In this document: one piece after another, positions 43,542-53,623 of the stretch | Layout: every line of letters begins with the position of its first letter | Numbering within the stretch: position 1 is the stretch's first letter | Origin: a virus | DNA: 64,000 nucleotides | UHGV virus genome: UHGV-1363143 | Reading direction: 5' to 3' (one strand) | Translations under genes and position numbers: made by a program | Notes under the pieces: generated by a model | Told to the model about the DNA's origin: nothing | Database searches by the model: none | Seen by the model: only the letters and a program-made list of their open reading frames with translations

Positions 43542-44510
43542 CTATCTGTATTCAATATTGAGTTTATCTAGCACATGTGCCATTCCTAGTCCCTTTTCAG
43601 GAACCCATATTCCTTCATCATTATATGTTCCGCCTCTCATACAGTAATCGTACATTTCAGGATGTGATTCTTTCATTCTCTGAAATCTATTTTTACCTTT
43701 TTCCATATGACAGCCGAAAATACACCCAACACAGCCTGTACGCTTTTCTCCTGTTGTTTTGAATTTCTTTTCATTATTATCATAAACAACTTCACCATAC
43801 ACTTCTGCTATGTCAAGTTTATATTCATAAATGTATTGAAGAATGTCTTGTTCTGTCCAAAAACCTAATGGATTGGACTTAGGCTCACTGCAATTAAATG
43901 CATTACAGCCACCATTATTTAAATATCTTATTTGCCTGTTTTGACTTTCATCGGCCATAACTCCAGTTATAGGAATTCGGCCAGTTTTTTTATTATATTT
44001 TTTGAAAGGTCTTTTTTTCATAACATCGCAACACTTCTCACTTATTTTGAAGTCAGCTGAATTTAATAAGTAATGCCACTTATCACTCAGTTTACCTGCT
44101 CTGCCTTTTTCATCTCCATGCAATAACTTATTTCTATAAGCTGAGCTTAAATTTTGGGTAGTAAGTTTTCTAAATGCCATAGCTTGAGATTTAGAAATGC
44201 AAGGATACCCATAATGAGTTATTGTTTGAGCATAATTCATATCAGGTCTTATAACTTCATCAGCAATTTCTTTCGCTTTGTCAATTACTTCTCTATATTC
44301 CAAAGTAGTATTACAAAATACACTAGGTATATCTGGATATCTATTTTTTACTATATGATGTAAAACTGAACTATCTTTACCTCCACTTATAGATGTATAT
44401 AATCCATTAGTAGTAAATTGATATACAGCTTCATCAAGTCGCCTTTCAGTTTTTGCAATCTTAAGCTCTAATGGCAATGCTTGTGCCATCTTTAGTTCTC
44501 CTATATTCAT
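43542..44510 (-). CDS. PAPS reductase-family PP-loop protein
   Basis: SGGKDS PP-loop about 40 residues from the N-terminus, and a Cys cluster at the C-terminus. Confidence 0.55.
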   Translation of the reverse strand: MNIGELKMAQALPLELKIAKTERRLDEAVYQFTTNGLYTSISGGKDSSVLHHIVKNRYPDIPSVFCNTTLEYREVIDKAKEIADEVIRPDMNYAQTITHYGYPCISKSQAMAFRKLTTQNLSSAYRNKLLHGDEKGRAGKLSDKWHYLLNSADFKISEKCCDVMKKRPFKKYNKKTGRIPITGVMADESQNRQIRYLNNGGCNAFNCSEPKSNPLGFWTEQDILQYIYEYKLDIAEVYGEVVYDNNEKKFKTTGEKRTGCVGCIFGCHMEKGKNRFQRMKESHPEMYDYCMRGGTYNDEGIWVPEKGLGMAHVLDKLNIEYR

Positions 44511-44726
44511 TCCCGCTTCACCTATTAATTACGTATTGCCGTATGTTAATAGGAAAATCGTGATTTCAGTTATATAACTATAACCTTCAGCTCATTAGCT
44601 TAGGAGGGGATTTTTTAACGTCTTTACCTCATCGCTTTTTTCGCAACTATTCAAATGGCTAATCGGAATAATTACTATGACAACCTTGGTTAGCCAAGGA
44701 CTTGAAGCGTTTTGGGAATGTATATT

Positions 44727-45014
44727 TTAAGCAACTATTTTAAGATCTGCATATCCCTCATGCTTTGAACTTAGAATTTCAACATTAAGCAAAGCTCTAT
44801 GAGGGTATTGTTCATTATATTCATTGATAGCTAAAAGCATTTTTCTTTCTGCTTCCTCTTTACTAGATGCAACAATGTATCTATAATCTTTCTTTTCATT
44901 ATTTCTTCTAGTAAAATACTTAAGTTTAACCTTATAAACTGGTTCACTTAAGTTCGAGGACATTAATCTTCTGTTAACTTCATCTAAATAATTAATATCT
45001 ATAACAGCTTTCAT
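44727..45014 (-). CDS. hypothetical protein (95 aa)
   Basis: ORF. Confidence 0.4.
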   Translation of the reverse strand: MKAVIDINYLDEVNRRLMSSNLSEPVYKVKLKYFTRRNNEKKDYRYIVASSKEEAERKMLLAINEYNEQYPHRALLNVEILSSKHEGYADLKIVA

Positions 45015-45409
45015 AAAGTACCTCCTATATTCTTTTATTTTCTTTTGATGTATCTATATTAGAACTATTGCATTTTGGACACTTTGAGCCTTTGCTACCA
45101 CCATAAACGCAATATATACATCCACAATTTAAACATCTCGCCATAGTTATTACCTCTCATCATTTAAGCAATCTTGGCATATTCCATTTGGAGTAGAATG
45201 ATGAAAGTCCCCATAGCTATCCTTATAACAAAAATCAAAAGACTTACATTCAATGCAAGTTTCTAAAGCTATTAAAACTTTACCTGTAGGTGAATCAATA
45301 TAAAAATTTTGCTTCATATATATTCTCCTTACTTTCTACTTGGTTTTGGATAAGTAGCTGGTTTACACCTAACTACTCCACCTCCACCATTGTATGTTTT
45401 TTATTTGAG

Positions 45410-46024
45410 CTAGATAATCTCATCAATCAATCCCATTTCTAATGCCCTTTCAGGTGAAAGAAAGTTATCTCTCTCACATTCATTCCACATTGTAGCAGGA
45501 TCTGTCTTTCCATTAGTCGAATTGGCCATCATCTCAGTAAGCTTTTTCTTCATTTCCATAATTCTAGCAGCATGAATTTGAATATCTGTAGCTTGTCCTT
45601 GATAGCCACCTAATGGTTGATGAATCATAACTTCTGAATTAGAAGTACAATATCTATGTCCTGGTTCTCCTTGAGATAATAAAAATGCACCCATAGATGC
45701 TGCCATTCCCATACACACTGTATGAACTGGTGATTTAACTTTATTCATTGCATCAAGTATTGCCATTCCATCTGTAATAGATCCTCCTGGACTATTAATA
45801 TACATAGTTATTGGATCATTACTTTCTGAATCTAGGAATAAAAGCTGTGCTTGAATTAACACAGCCATTCTAGATTCTACTTGTCCAGTAAGCATAATTA
45901 CCCTATCCTTTAATAGCCTAGAGAATATGTCCATTGATCTTTCTACTCTTCCATCTTGTTCTATAACCATTGGAACTGTTAATGATCCTATTGGTTGTAA
46001 TGTTGTACCATAAAAATTATTCAT
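45410..46024 (-). CDS. clpP: ClpP protease proteolytic subunit
   Basis: [16 protein letters not shown], the catalytic Ser in GMAASMGA, and the MIHQP motif. Confidence 0.9.
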   Translation of the reverse strand: MNNFYGTTLQPIGSLTVPMVIEQDGRVERSMDIFSRLLKDRVIMLTGQVESRMAVLIQAQLLFLDSESNDPITMYINSPGGSITDGMAILDAMNKVKSPVHTVCMGMAASMGAFLLSQGEPGHRYCTSNSEVMIHQPLGGYQGQATDIQIHAARIMEMKKKLTEMMANSTNGKTDPATMWNECERDNFLSPERALEMGLIDEII

Positions 46025-46056
46025 AATCTTGTCTCCTTTGTATATAAAATTGTTTA

Positions 46057-46911
46057 TTATTCTGCTGAGTTTCCTCTCATATCTATGATTGCATCAGAAC
46101 CTGAAACAGTAGGTAACTTTCCGTCCCACTTTTCAATCTTCTTGTATTCAACCATTTCACTTGTTATAGATTTTTGTAATTCTTCATTTGCTCTAGCTTC
46201 ACCTTGAGCTTTAATTAATTGAGCATCAGCTTCACCTTGAGCTTCTACTTTTTTTCTTTCAGCTTCAACGATTGCTTTTTCCTTTTTTTGTTTCTCAGCT
46301 TCTAACTCTTGAGCTGCCTTACTTCTTTCTGTTATAGCAGCTTCAATAGTTGAATCAACTCTAGTTTGAGTTAAGTTAGCACTTTCAACTACAACTCCAA
46401 ATTCAGCTAATGATTTCTTTAAATGTTCAGTAATGGCTCTATTAAGCTCACCCTTCTTTTCCATATGAGCTTCAAGAACACTATATTGAGAAGTCACTTC
46501 ATTAACTAATGTCTTTATTTTTCCTATAACAATGTTATTGATTATATCTTCTCCACTCATTCCTCTGTATCTGCTATATAAATCTGGAACTTTATCAGCA
46601 TCAAATGAATATGACATTTCAAAATCAACATTCATTTTTCCATCTCTAGCGATTACATCAAATGAGTTATCTTTTTTTTCATCTCTTTGCATATATAGTT
46701 GTTCTGTAGCTACACTGTATTCAGTTACTTTTTTTGTTGGAGATATCAAATGCCACCCTTGAGGCAAGATTTCATCTTGGACTCCACCATTCATAGAATA
46801 CTGTACTCCAACATATCCAGCAGGTATTCTTTCTATACATATAAATGTACCTGCTGCTCCACCCAATACTAATACTCCTGCAATAATTGCACCTATCATA
46901 CTTTTTTTCAT
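46057..46911 (-). CDS. SPFH/band-7 (prohibitin/stomatin-like) membrane protein
   Basis: N-terminal TM helix, an SPFH domain, and a C-terminal coiled coil ([38 protein letters not shown]). Confidence 0.75.
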   Translation of the reverse strand: MKKSMIGAIIAGVLVLGGAAGTFICIERIPAGYVGVQYSMNGGVQDEILPQGWHLISPTKKVTEYSVATEQLYMQRDEKKDNSFDVIARDGKMNVDFEMSYSFDADKVPDLYSRYRGMSGEDIINNIVIGKIKTLVNEVTSQYSVLEAHMEKKGELNRAITEHLKKSLAEFGVVVESANLTQTRVDSTIEAAITERSKAAQELEAEKQKKEKAIVEAERKKVEAQGEADAQLIKAQGEARANEELQKSITSEMVEYKKIEKWDGKLPTVSGSDAIIDMRGNSAE

Positions 46912-47092
46912 TTTGTTACTCCTATCTATTCATATTATTTTTGAATTTATTTGATATTTTTATTGCCAGCAATCCTATCCAATAAAATAAATTTGATAAC
47001 AAGAAGAATAAAATTGCTAGTACACATAAAACTAGCACATAAAATACTATATTCATTTAGTCCTCCTACCTTAGTTATCTATACTGCTATAT

Positions 47093-47314
47093 TTAAAACC
47101 CTGTATTAAATTTTGCTGTTATTTTAGCTTTCTTAAATCCATATTTGTCAGTTAAATGTTTAATTATTAACTCATCAGTTGTATAAAAGTATTCCGAATC
47201 CTCTTGTAATGATGGAGCTTCATCACACATGTTTTTGAATTCTTCTTTTGTATATTCTTTTTCATTGGATAAAATGCAATGACACTCATATCCATATACA
47301 TCATATAAAAACAT
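47093..47314 (-). CDS. hypothetical protein (73 aa)
   Basis: ORF. Confidence 0.35.
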   Translation of the reverse strand: MFLYDVYGYECHCILSNEKEYTKEEFKNMCDEAPSLQEDSEYFYTTDELIIKHLTDKYGFKKAKITAKFNTGF

Positions 47315-47345
47315 ATTTTATGTCTCCTTTTTTAGTAGTTCCTCT

Positions 47346-47621
47346 TTACAGTCCTAAAGATAGTTTTATAATTTCAATAGCTTCAGCTGTAATAGTAACT
47401 ATCATCCAATCATTTTTACGTTCACAGTAAATCTCATTAGGATTTTTTAATATTGCTCCACCTTTTAAAAGAATGTAGTAATCATCTTTATACATAAAAT
47501 GTACTCCATCCCATTCTGGTCTTGTTATAAAACTTTTAGCATCTCCATCTAATAAATGTGATTCCTTTACTGCTTTGTCGTATGTTAATTCTCCTAATAA
47601 AATTTCCTCCCAGTATTTCAT
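47346..47621 (-). CDS. hypothetical protein (91 aa)
   Basis: ORF. Confidence 0.35.
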   Translation of the reverse strand: MKYWEEILLGELTYDKAVKESHLLDGDAKSFITRPEWDGVHFMYKDDYYILLKGGAILKNPNEIYCERKNDWMIVTITAEAIEIIKLSLGL

Positions 47622-47641
47622 TAGTTTATCCTCCTAATATA

Positions 47642-47854
47642 TTAATTTTGTAAATCCCAATCTATATAGTTAAAGCATGTATAGCCAATCCATATAGATA
47701 TATCTAAACACTTGTCTCCGTTTTTTTTCTTAGCTCCATTGGAGTGAATAGTAAACATAGGTTTACCTCCCCATTCTTTATGAGCTTTTTTGTAGTTATT
47801 TATTTGAAATACTTTTGTTTCATTATCCCACCATTTTTCAAAAATACGTTTCAT
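47642..47854 (-). CDS. hypothetical protein (70 aa)
   Basis: ORF. Confidence 0.35.
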   Translation of the reverse strand: MKRIFEKWWDNETKVFQINNYKKAHKEWGGKPMFTIHSNGAKKKNGDKCLDISIWIGYTCFNYIDWDLQN

Positions 47855-47902
47855 ATATGTCTCCTTATCTTAATAGCCCATACTAAGATGGGCAAAGTAT
47901 AA

Positions 47903-48568
47903 CTATTCTAAAGTCCAAGTACCTTTAAATAATGCCATAATAACAATGATTTCTGGTCTTATTCCTGGTGACGCTTCAGTTATAGCGAATCCTGGTACAC
48001 CATCTTTAGAAGTAATGTAACCTGTTGCTTCTGTACCAAACATATCTACTGTAAAGAAAACCTTATTACCTGCGATCGCCATTTCTAATGCTTTTGGACC
48101 ATTTATTGTTTCAGATTTCTTTTTCTTAAACTCTAAATTTACAAAATGAGAATCTATTGAAGCTGGGAATACAGCATTTTCTGTTACTATAAGTAAAGTC
48201 TTACTGTCGATGTCATATCTAATTACATCTCCTTCTTCACTGATAAAAGTTCCTCTATAACCATTATCAAATTCATCTACCATTTCAATAAAATTATAAG
48301 TTAACTCTGATTCATCTACTTTTTCTTTTATATCCTTTAAAATCATTTTCATGAACTCTGGGAATGAAGATTCTCTGTTTGATTCAACTTCTTCTTTCAT
48401 TGATTCACTTATTCCATCACAGAATTCTTTCTTATCACAGTTATCACAATCACATTCATGTTCTTCTCTATTTGTTTCCTCAGCTGTAATAGCTCCTAGT
48501 ATCATTTTTATTGCATCTTCCCCTGATATCTCTCTCATTCTTACTTCACTCATTTTATATTTCCTCAC
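47903..48568 (-). CDS. hypothetical protein (221 aa)
   Basis: ORF with a Cys/Asp-rich N-terminal segment. Confidence 0.4.
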   Translation of the reverse strand: MRKYKMSEVRMREISGEDAIKMILGAITAEETNREEHECDCDNCDKKEFCDGISESMKEEVESNRESSFPEFMKMILKDIKEKVDESELTYNFIEMVDEFDNGYRGTFISEEGDVIRYDIDSKTLLIVTENAVFPASIDSHFVNLEFKKKKSETINGPKALEMAIAGNKVFFTVDMFGTEATGYITSKDGVPGFAITEASPGIRPEIIVIMALFKGTWTLE

Positions 48569-49043
48569 TTTCGCTTTTTCTCTTTATATCCTTGTCTATC
48601 ATCAAACATCCAAATAAATGATCTAATTCATGTTGAAATACTACTGCTTCTAGGTCTTTAAGTAGTTTCTTTACTTTTTGTCCATTTTCATTAATGTACG
48701 CTACTTTTAACATCTTGTATCTTCTTGTAAGACTTTTAGTCTCTGGTATGGATAAACAAGATTCACTAAAGAAACCTATTTTATTTGGATACATCTTAAT
48801 GATTTCTGGATTTATGCAAACAGTAATCTCTTCTATATTTCTTGGATTAACCATTGCAAAAGCCATCTTATTTACTCCAATTTGTGGAGCTGCTATTCCA
48901 AGACTTGTATTTCCTTCACCGAAATGAGCTTTTAATGAAGTAATCAATTCTTGTTCTTTTTCTACAGATTCAATAGGTTCAGAAATTTTTCTTAACACCT
49001 TTAAATCTTCTTCTGATTCAATAGTTAGTATTCTATTATTCAT
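48555..49043 (-). CDS. def: peptide deformylase
   Basis: The GIAAPQIG, ESCLSIPE and QHELDHLFG motifs. Confidence 0.8.
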   Translation of the reverse strand: MNNRILTIESEEDLKVLRKISEPIESVEKEQELITSLKAHFGEGNTSLGIAAPQIGVNKMAFAMVNPRNIEEITVCINPEIIKMYPNKIGFFSESCLSIPETKSLTRRYKMLKVAYINENGQKVKKLLKDLEAVVFQHELDHLFGCLMIDKDIKRKSESEEI

Positions 49044-49151
49044 CCTTCCTCCTTATACTGACCAAAACTTTTTTCGTTTCGGTTCGATATTTTATATTAT
49101 GTTTTTATAAAAAAAGAGCCTACTAATGTAGACTCAAAATTATAAACTTTT

Positions 49152-49520
49152 TTATGCAGCTCTTTTTACAACTAATAAATCCCTTGCTCCTCCTAGAGGA
49201 TCGTTGCCTTGGTACTCTATACCAAAAGCTAAGTATTTAGTATTTGAGCTTTCTTTTAATTTATTAAGATTATGAACTATTCTTTCTAGTCCTTCACTAT
49301 TTATAGGCTCTTTTATTGTAGATGACTTCTTACCACAGATAGGTTTATCATAAGAAGCATATATGTATAAACTTTCTATTTTAGTATGAGGACACTTTAA
49401 TTCTTTTTTAATTTCATTTATTTCTTTTTCTAAATTTCCTAATGTTAAATCACTAATATTTTTTATCATAGCGAAACCTCCAATACGAAACATAAAAAAG
49501 CACAAAAGGACACCAACCAT
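49152..49520 (-). CDS. hypothetical protein
   Basis: ORF. Confidence 0.35.
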   Translation of the reverse strand: MVGVLLCFFMFRIGGFAMIKNISDLTLGNLEKEINEIKKELKCPHTKIESLYIYASYDKPICGKKSSTIKEPINSEGLERIVHNLNKLKESSNTKYLAFGIEYQGNDPLGGARDLLVVKRAA

Positions 49521-50039
49521 ACGAAGATATCCTGTTATGCTTTAATTTGCTTATAGTTTAAAATTAATTATTCTTTATTTCTCTTTGAGTAATTCTTTTA
49601 ATTCTTGACCTAGATATCTTATGTAACATTCTTTTATCTTTTGATCTGAGCTTTGTATTTTGAACTACTATCTTTTCATAAAAATCTAAAGCAGTTGCTT
49701 CTTTCGAATTATTCTGTTTAAATAAATCCATAATGCTATCAATCCTTTCTTTATTCAGAAATTAATTTTGCATTTACATATTTATTATCTAACTTTTTCG
49801 TCATTTACCTCATAAATATAGTTAAACTTCTTTTACAAATATTTTTCCATTGGGAGCAGTATAAAATATATCTCTTTTAAATGACATAAGATAAGAAACT
49901 CCTGGAATAACTAATACATTCATATCTGTAATAATAGTATTTAATTCAAAAGTTGCAATCACTTCTCTTGTATCTTTTTTAAAAATAACTAAAATTTGCA
50001 TTATTCAACCTCAATTTATAATTATTCTCTTTTATATAA

Positions 50040-50068
50040 AAAACCCAGGGCCTTTCGGACACCTGGGT
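50040..50068 (-). terminator. rho-independent terminator downstream of the tRNA operon
   Basis: Hairpin cccagg...cctggg followed on the minus strand by UUUUUU. Confidence 0.5.
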
Positions 50069-50074
50069 ATGATC

Positions 50075-50149
50075 TGGCGGAACTAGTAGGATTCGAACCT
50101 ACAACCTATCGGTTAACAGCCGAGTGCTCCACCTTTGAGCTGTAGTTCC
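50075..50149 (-). tRNA. tRNA-Asn (GUU)
   Basis: Manual cloverleaf with acceptor ggaacta/tagttcc, T-loop GGTTCGAATCC, anticodon loop cuGUUaa, and CCA encoded. Confidence 0.7.
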
Positions 50150-50934
50150 ATAATTCCAGCGTCCGTATGGACCTGGAGATCTCCTTCTATCTTAGATAGA
50201 TGAGCTAATGTAAGCACCACATTTTATAATCCCTTGCATGGATTGGGCAGGCACCATTATTTTTACATGCATGGTTGCATTGACCTAGCTTACTTTTTGT
50301 TCTTTCGGTCTTATTGATTATTACTATCCCACTCGTGAATAGCATATTTGTTTGAAACAATCGCCTGCACAATGCAAGCCCCAGAAAGAGTTTATCTTTC
50401 AAAATTAATGCAAGGTGGGGTGGCGTATCCCACATCTCTAACCATAACAATATATGTAGTATAGACTGCCTGTTTCTACTTCTTGCATTTTTATATCTAA
50501 TTGCTTACTTGAAAAACACGAGCTAATTACATTAGCTACTAAAACTCATAAGCATAAATATACCTTCTTATAAGAGTTCCTAATCTATGTCTAAATAAGA
50601 AGTATATTAGTTTCATAAGGATATAGATTAGGTTTCACCTTACTTTTTATTATTGCTTGAAAAAACCCTAAAAATTACTAAGCAATATATATATTCTTCT
50701 CACTTCCGAAACCAGCACTCCATGTCCTTCGAATATATAGTTTTTTTGTTTCGCTGATCTGGTCCTCTATGCAAAACTTTAAAGGGAAATTTGCTTACCG
50801 CCACAGTTCCTTCCTGCTCGTCCATAAGCTATTAAGTAGATAAATTACTCCTACTTAACTAGTGCGTCTCCAGTGAGCATAGTAAATCAGGCCAATCAAA
50901 TCAGCTAAATACCAGAGGCTTGAGAGGTTCTATT

Positions 50935-51008
50935 TGGAGCTCCTACTCAGAATCGAACTGAGAACAGAAGATTACAAGTCTACCGTTTTACCTTTAAACT
51001 ATAGGAGC
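50935..51008 (-). tRNA. tRNA-Thr (UGU)
   Basis: Cloverleaf with acceptor gctccta/taggagc, anticodon loop cuUGUaa, and CCA encoded. Confidence 0.6.
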
Positions 51009-51164
51009 ATATAATACTTTCGGTGTGCTACAGAAATCTAAGTTTCTGTTAATAGGCAAGGCTGTCTATATCAGGTATTCAGTAATTATGTACACTTTTA
51101 ACTGAACCATACTATATATCCCTACACGCTACTCTTAACTATAAGAACACCGAAAATATTATAA

Positions 51165-51239
51165 TGGTACTCCATGGGGGACTCGAACCCCCGATACACG
51201 ATAGAAAGTCGTGTGGCTTAACCACTTGCCGAATGGAGC
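51165..51239 (-). tRNA. tRNA-Glu (UUC), probable
   Basis: Cloverleaf with T-arm ggggg/ccccc and anticodon stem cacga/tcgtg; the loop cuUUCua has an unusual U37. Confidence 0.5.
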
Positions 51240-51318
51240 ATAATTTGTGCTATCTCTTTTAGCTTGTACTTCGCCAAGGATGATAGCTATCCTTATCTGT
51301 ACAAATTACAGATTTCTC

Positions 51319-51390
51319 TGGTGCAGATTGCTGGAATCGAACCAACCCTTATAATCTTATAGAAAACGCTCTACCTTGAGCTAATCTGCA
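51319..51390 (-). tRNA. tRNA-like element with intact acceptor, D and T arms but no foldable anticodon stem (possible pseudo-tRNA)
   Basis: gcagatt...ggttcgattccagcaatctgcacca carries the right length between the D and T arms, but the segment UUUUCUAUAAGAUUAUA cannot form a 5-bp stem. Confidence 0.3.
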
Positions 51391-52418
51391 TATTATATTT
51401 CCAGAGCTTTCAGATCCTATCTCTGGTACTCAACTTTTGCAGCATTATTGATTCTCTGCTTATCCACATTCTCTTGAATGTATTGAGTTATGCCTGCCTT
51501 GTTTAATGAGTGGCTTATCTCATCTAATAGTACACTACTCTACACCATTGATTATATCAACCTTGCGGGCTGTTCAGGCTGCTACCCCTTATACGCTCTC
51601 CGATATAGAACAATCAAGCTTTTGCGAAGCTATCATGCGCTTCATTCACTTTTCAGTGTGAAGCATTAAGACACTTTCATGCACTACGAGGATGAACTTT
51701 CGCTTTTATATAGAATTAATATCTGTAAATTCTTAAATATTGTTTTATTTCCCAAAACATATAGCTTAAATTCATCATTCATTAAATTTTCAAACTGTAG
51801 ATGTGTCATCCTATCAGCTCGCTTCCCTTTTGAGGAAGTAAATACTGGACACCTACATAGCTTTCACTCAACTAAGTTACTAACTGGTAATAAATCATAC
51901 TCTAGGATACCTCCGTCTCTCAACTTCTAAGGTCCTATTTCATTTTTATTACTGGCCAATGCTCTTGCCTGTTAAACTCGAACTACTAACCTTCTGCTAT
52001 AAATAGTTTATTTCATTAGTTTTGGTGTGTGCTATCTGATTACCAGTCAGAAACTCCTTCAGAGAGTATATCCCCTACTTTCTTACCAGCGTTGCCCATA
52101 AGCGAGCTTTCGCACCTAACTTATAAAACCTTATCCAATAATCGTCTTTATCTCTTCCGCCTACTGAATAACATTTAAATTTATGCAGATTGCTTGAATT
52201 AACCTAATATTTCAAGGCGAGAATTTGTTAAATTCCCTTTACGCACATCACTGTACGCTATTCATGTCAAGCCATGTTTACTTATTTTTTTTATAGAACC
52301 TAGTACAGATTCTTGTATGTAATTCCTACCTCTATTACATACTAGGCTCTTGCCTACCGATGTTTTCCTTATTTAAAACTAAGTACTGAAAAGAAAACTC
52401 ATAACCAAAAATCGTACT

Positions 52419-52494
52419 TGGTGAAGGTAGAAGGGTTTGAACCTTCGGCCCCAGCATTAAAAGTGCTATGCTCTACCAACTGAGCTATACCTTC
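52419..52494 (-). tRNA. tRNA-Lys (UUU)
   Basis: Cloverleaf with D-arm gctcagttggtagagc, anticodon loop cuUUUaa, and CCA encoded. Confidence 0.75.
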
Positions 52495-52501
52495 ATATTA
52501 T

Positions 52502-52578
52502 TGGTAGTGGATATAAGAGTCGAACTTATCACCTTCTGCGTATCAGGCAGATGCTCTAACCAAATGAGCTAATCCACT
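52502..52578 (-). tRNA. tRNA-Ile (GAU)
   Basis: Cloverleaf with anticodon stem tctgc/gcaga and loop cuGAUac. Confidence 0.75.
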
Positions 52579-52584
52579 ATATTA

Positions 52585-52669
52585 TGGTGGGAACTGATGG
52601 AGTCGAACCACCCGAGCTAAAGCAACAGATTTACAGTCTGCCCCGCTACCATCTACGGTATAAATTCCC
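52585..52669 (-). tRNA. tRNA-Tyr (GUA), type II (long variable arm)
   Basis: 85 nt, anticodon loop cuGUAaa, long variable arm. Confidence 0.65.
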
Positions 52670-52763
52670 GTATTGACATTGTTAATTGGCTAAATTATTA
52701 TAATTGTAAATGTACTATACTTACAAAGAACTAGATCAATCTTCGGATTGGTCTTTTTCTTAT

Positions 52764-52850
52764 TGGCAGGGGCTGTAGGATTCGAACCTACGTGGTGTTG
52801 TGCACAATGGTTTTGGAGACCACCGCCCTCGACCTCTAGGCAAAACCCCT
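52764..52850 (-). tRNA. tRNA with Trp anticodon (CCA) and an atypical 15-nt variable arm
   Basis: Acceptor and anticodon arm (gguggu-CUCCAaa-accau) resemble bacterial tRNA-Trp, but the gene is 87 nt with the insert ugugcacaacaccac before the T-arm. Confidence 0.5.
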
Positions 52851-52985
52851 GTAAATCTCCCGATTAGTTTAAAGACATTTATGGGACTGGTCATTAGAGA
52901 GGTCTTATGTATAAATTAAAACGTTATGCATAAATATATTATGTTAACATCTATAAAAAGACTACTGATTTGAAAAACTTTTTTA

Positions 52986-53072
52986 TGGCGGAGAGTCTGG
53001 GACTCGAACCCAGAAGCCATTACTGACCAACAGTTTTCAAGACTGTCTGACTACCAATTATCACAACTCTCC
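52986..53072 (-). tRNA. tRNA-Ser (UGA)
   Basis: 87 nt with acceptor ggagagt/actctcc, anticodon stem acagt/actgt, loop cuUGAaa and a long variable arm. Confidence 0.7.
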
Positions 53073-53090
53073 ATGTTTATAGGAGAAAAC

Positions 53091-53170
53091 GAAATAGGTG
53101 ATAGGAATTGAACCTACACTTACTGCCATCCCTATCTCTAGCTGGCCTTGCTTCATTCTCCTGTTGCAAC
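53091..53170 (-). tRNA. tRNA-like remnant (T-arm-like gtagg-ttcaatt-cctat only)
   Basis: An 80-nt spacer between tRNA-Gln and tRNA-Ser contains a T-arm-like hairpin and a 7-bp aggagaa/ttctcct pairing, but no canonical cloverleaf. Confidence 0.25.
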
Positions 53171-53245
53171 TGGCGGAGGTGGAAGGGATTGAACCTTCGA
53201 ATGATGGAATCAAAATCCATTGCCTTACCACTTGGCGACACCTCT
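53171..53245 (-). tRNA. tRNA-Gln (UUG)
   Basis: D-arm gccaagtggtaaggc (Gln-like), anticodon loop uuUUGau, weak 1-72 pair, and G73. Confidence 0.65.
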
Positions 53246-53446
53246 ATATAAAATGGCAATTTTACCGTTTGCCAAACGTTCTATGGTTTATACAAAAACT
53301 CATATCGTAAAATTTAAACGGGCTTAAGTGCCCTAAATTCTGGCATTTCACCACGGGTATTTAGCAACCCAGGATTTTTATTATTGAATCTAATAAATTA
53401 AGATCCGTTCTAAGCACTGCAAAAAAATCTTAAAAAAATTTCGCTT

Positions 53447-53522
53447 TGGTCGGAGTTACAGGACTCGAACCTGTGATCTCATGGTCCCAAACCATGCACC
53501 TTACCATCTAGGCCAAACTCCG
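53447..53522 (-). tRNA. tRNA-Pro (UGG)
   Basis: cggagtt acceptor, anticodon stem catgg/ccatg, loop uuUGGga. Confidence 0.75.
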
Positions 53523-53531
53523 ATATATAAA

Positions 53532-53623
53532 TGGCGGAGGACACAGGATTCGAACCTGCGGAGGAACTTTCGTCCCTCGAATGCTTAGCAAGCACCTGCC
53601 TTAAACCTCTCGGCCAATCCTCC
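53532..53623 (-). tRNA. tRNA-Ser (GCU)
   Basis: 92 nt with ggaggat acceptor, loop uuGCUaa and a long variable arm. Confidence 0.7.

Noticed and set aside
44511-44726. Riboswitch or terminator in the leader of the PAPS-reductase-like gene
   Set aside because: Only one short hairpin (ccttgg-ctaa-ccaagg) without a U-run and no recognisable riboswitch core; insufficient evidence.
50205-50450. 81-aa ORF within the tRNA cluster spacer
   Set aside because: It lies in a GC-rich probable ncRNA region, has odd composition (Cys/Trp/His) and no RBS, so it is likely spurious.
50150-50934. Group II intron or RNase P / tmRNA identity for the GC-rich spacers
   Set aside because: No domain V (GAGC...GAAA...) motif, no RNase P P4 (AGGAAAGUCC) motif and no tmRNA tag reading frame could be found by eye. 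Their identity is left open.
51679-53310. Small ORFs 51679..51930(+), 53077..53259(-), 53098..53310(+)
   Set aside because: They overlap tRNA genes or GC-rich spacer and are not supported as coding.
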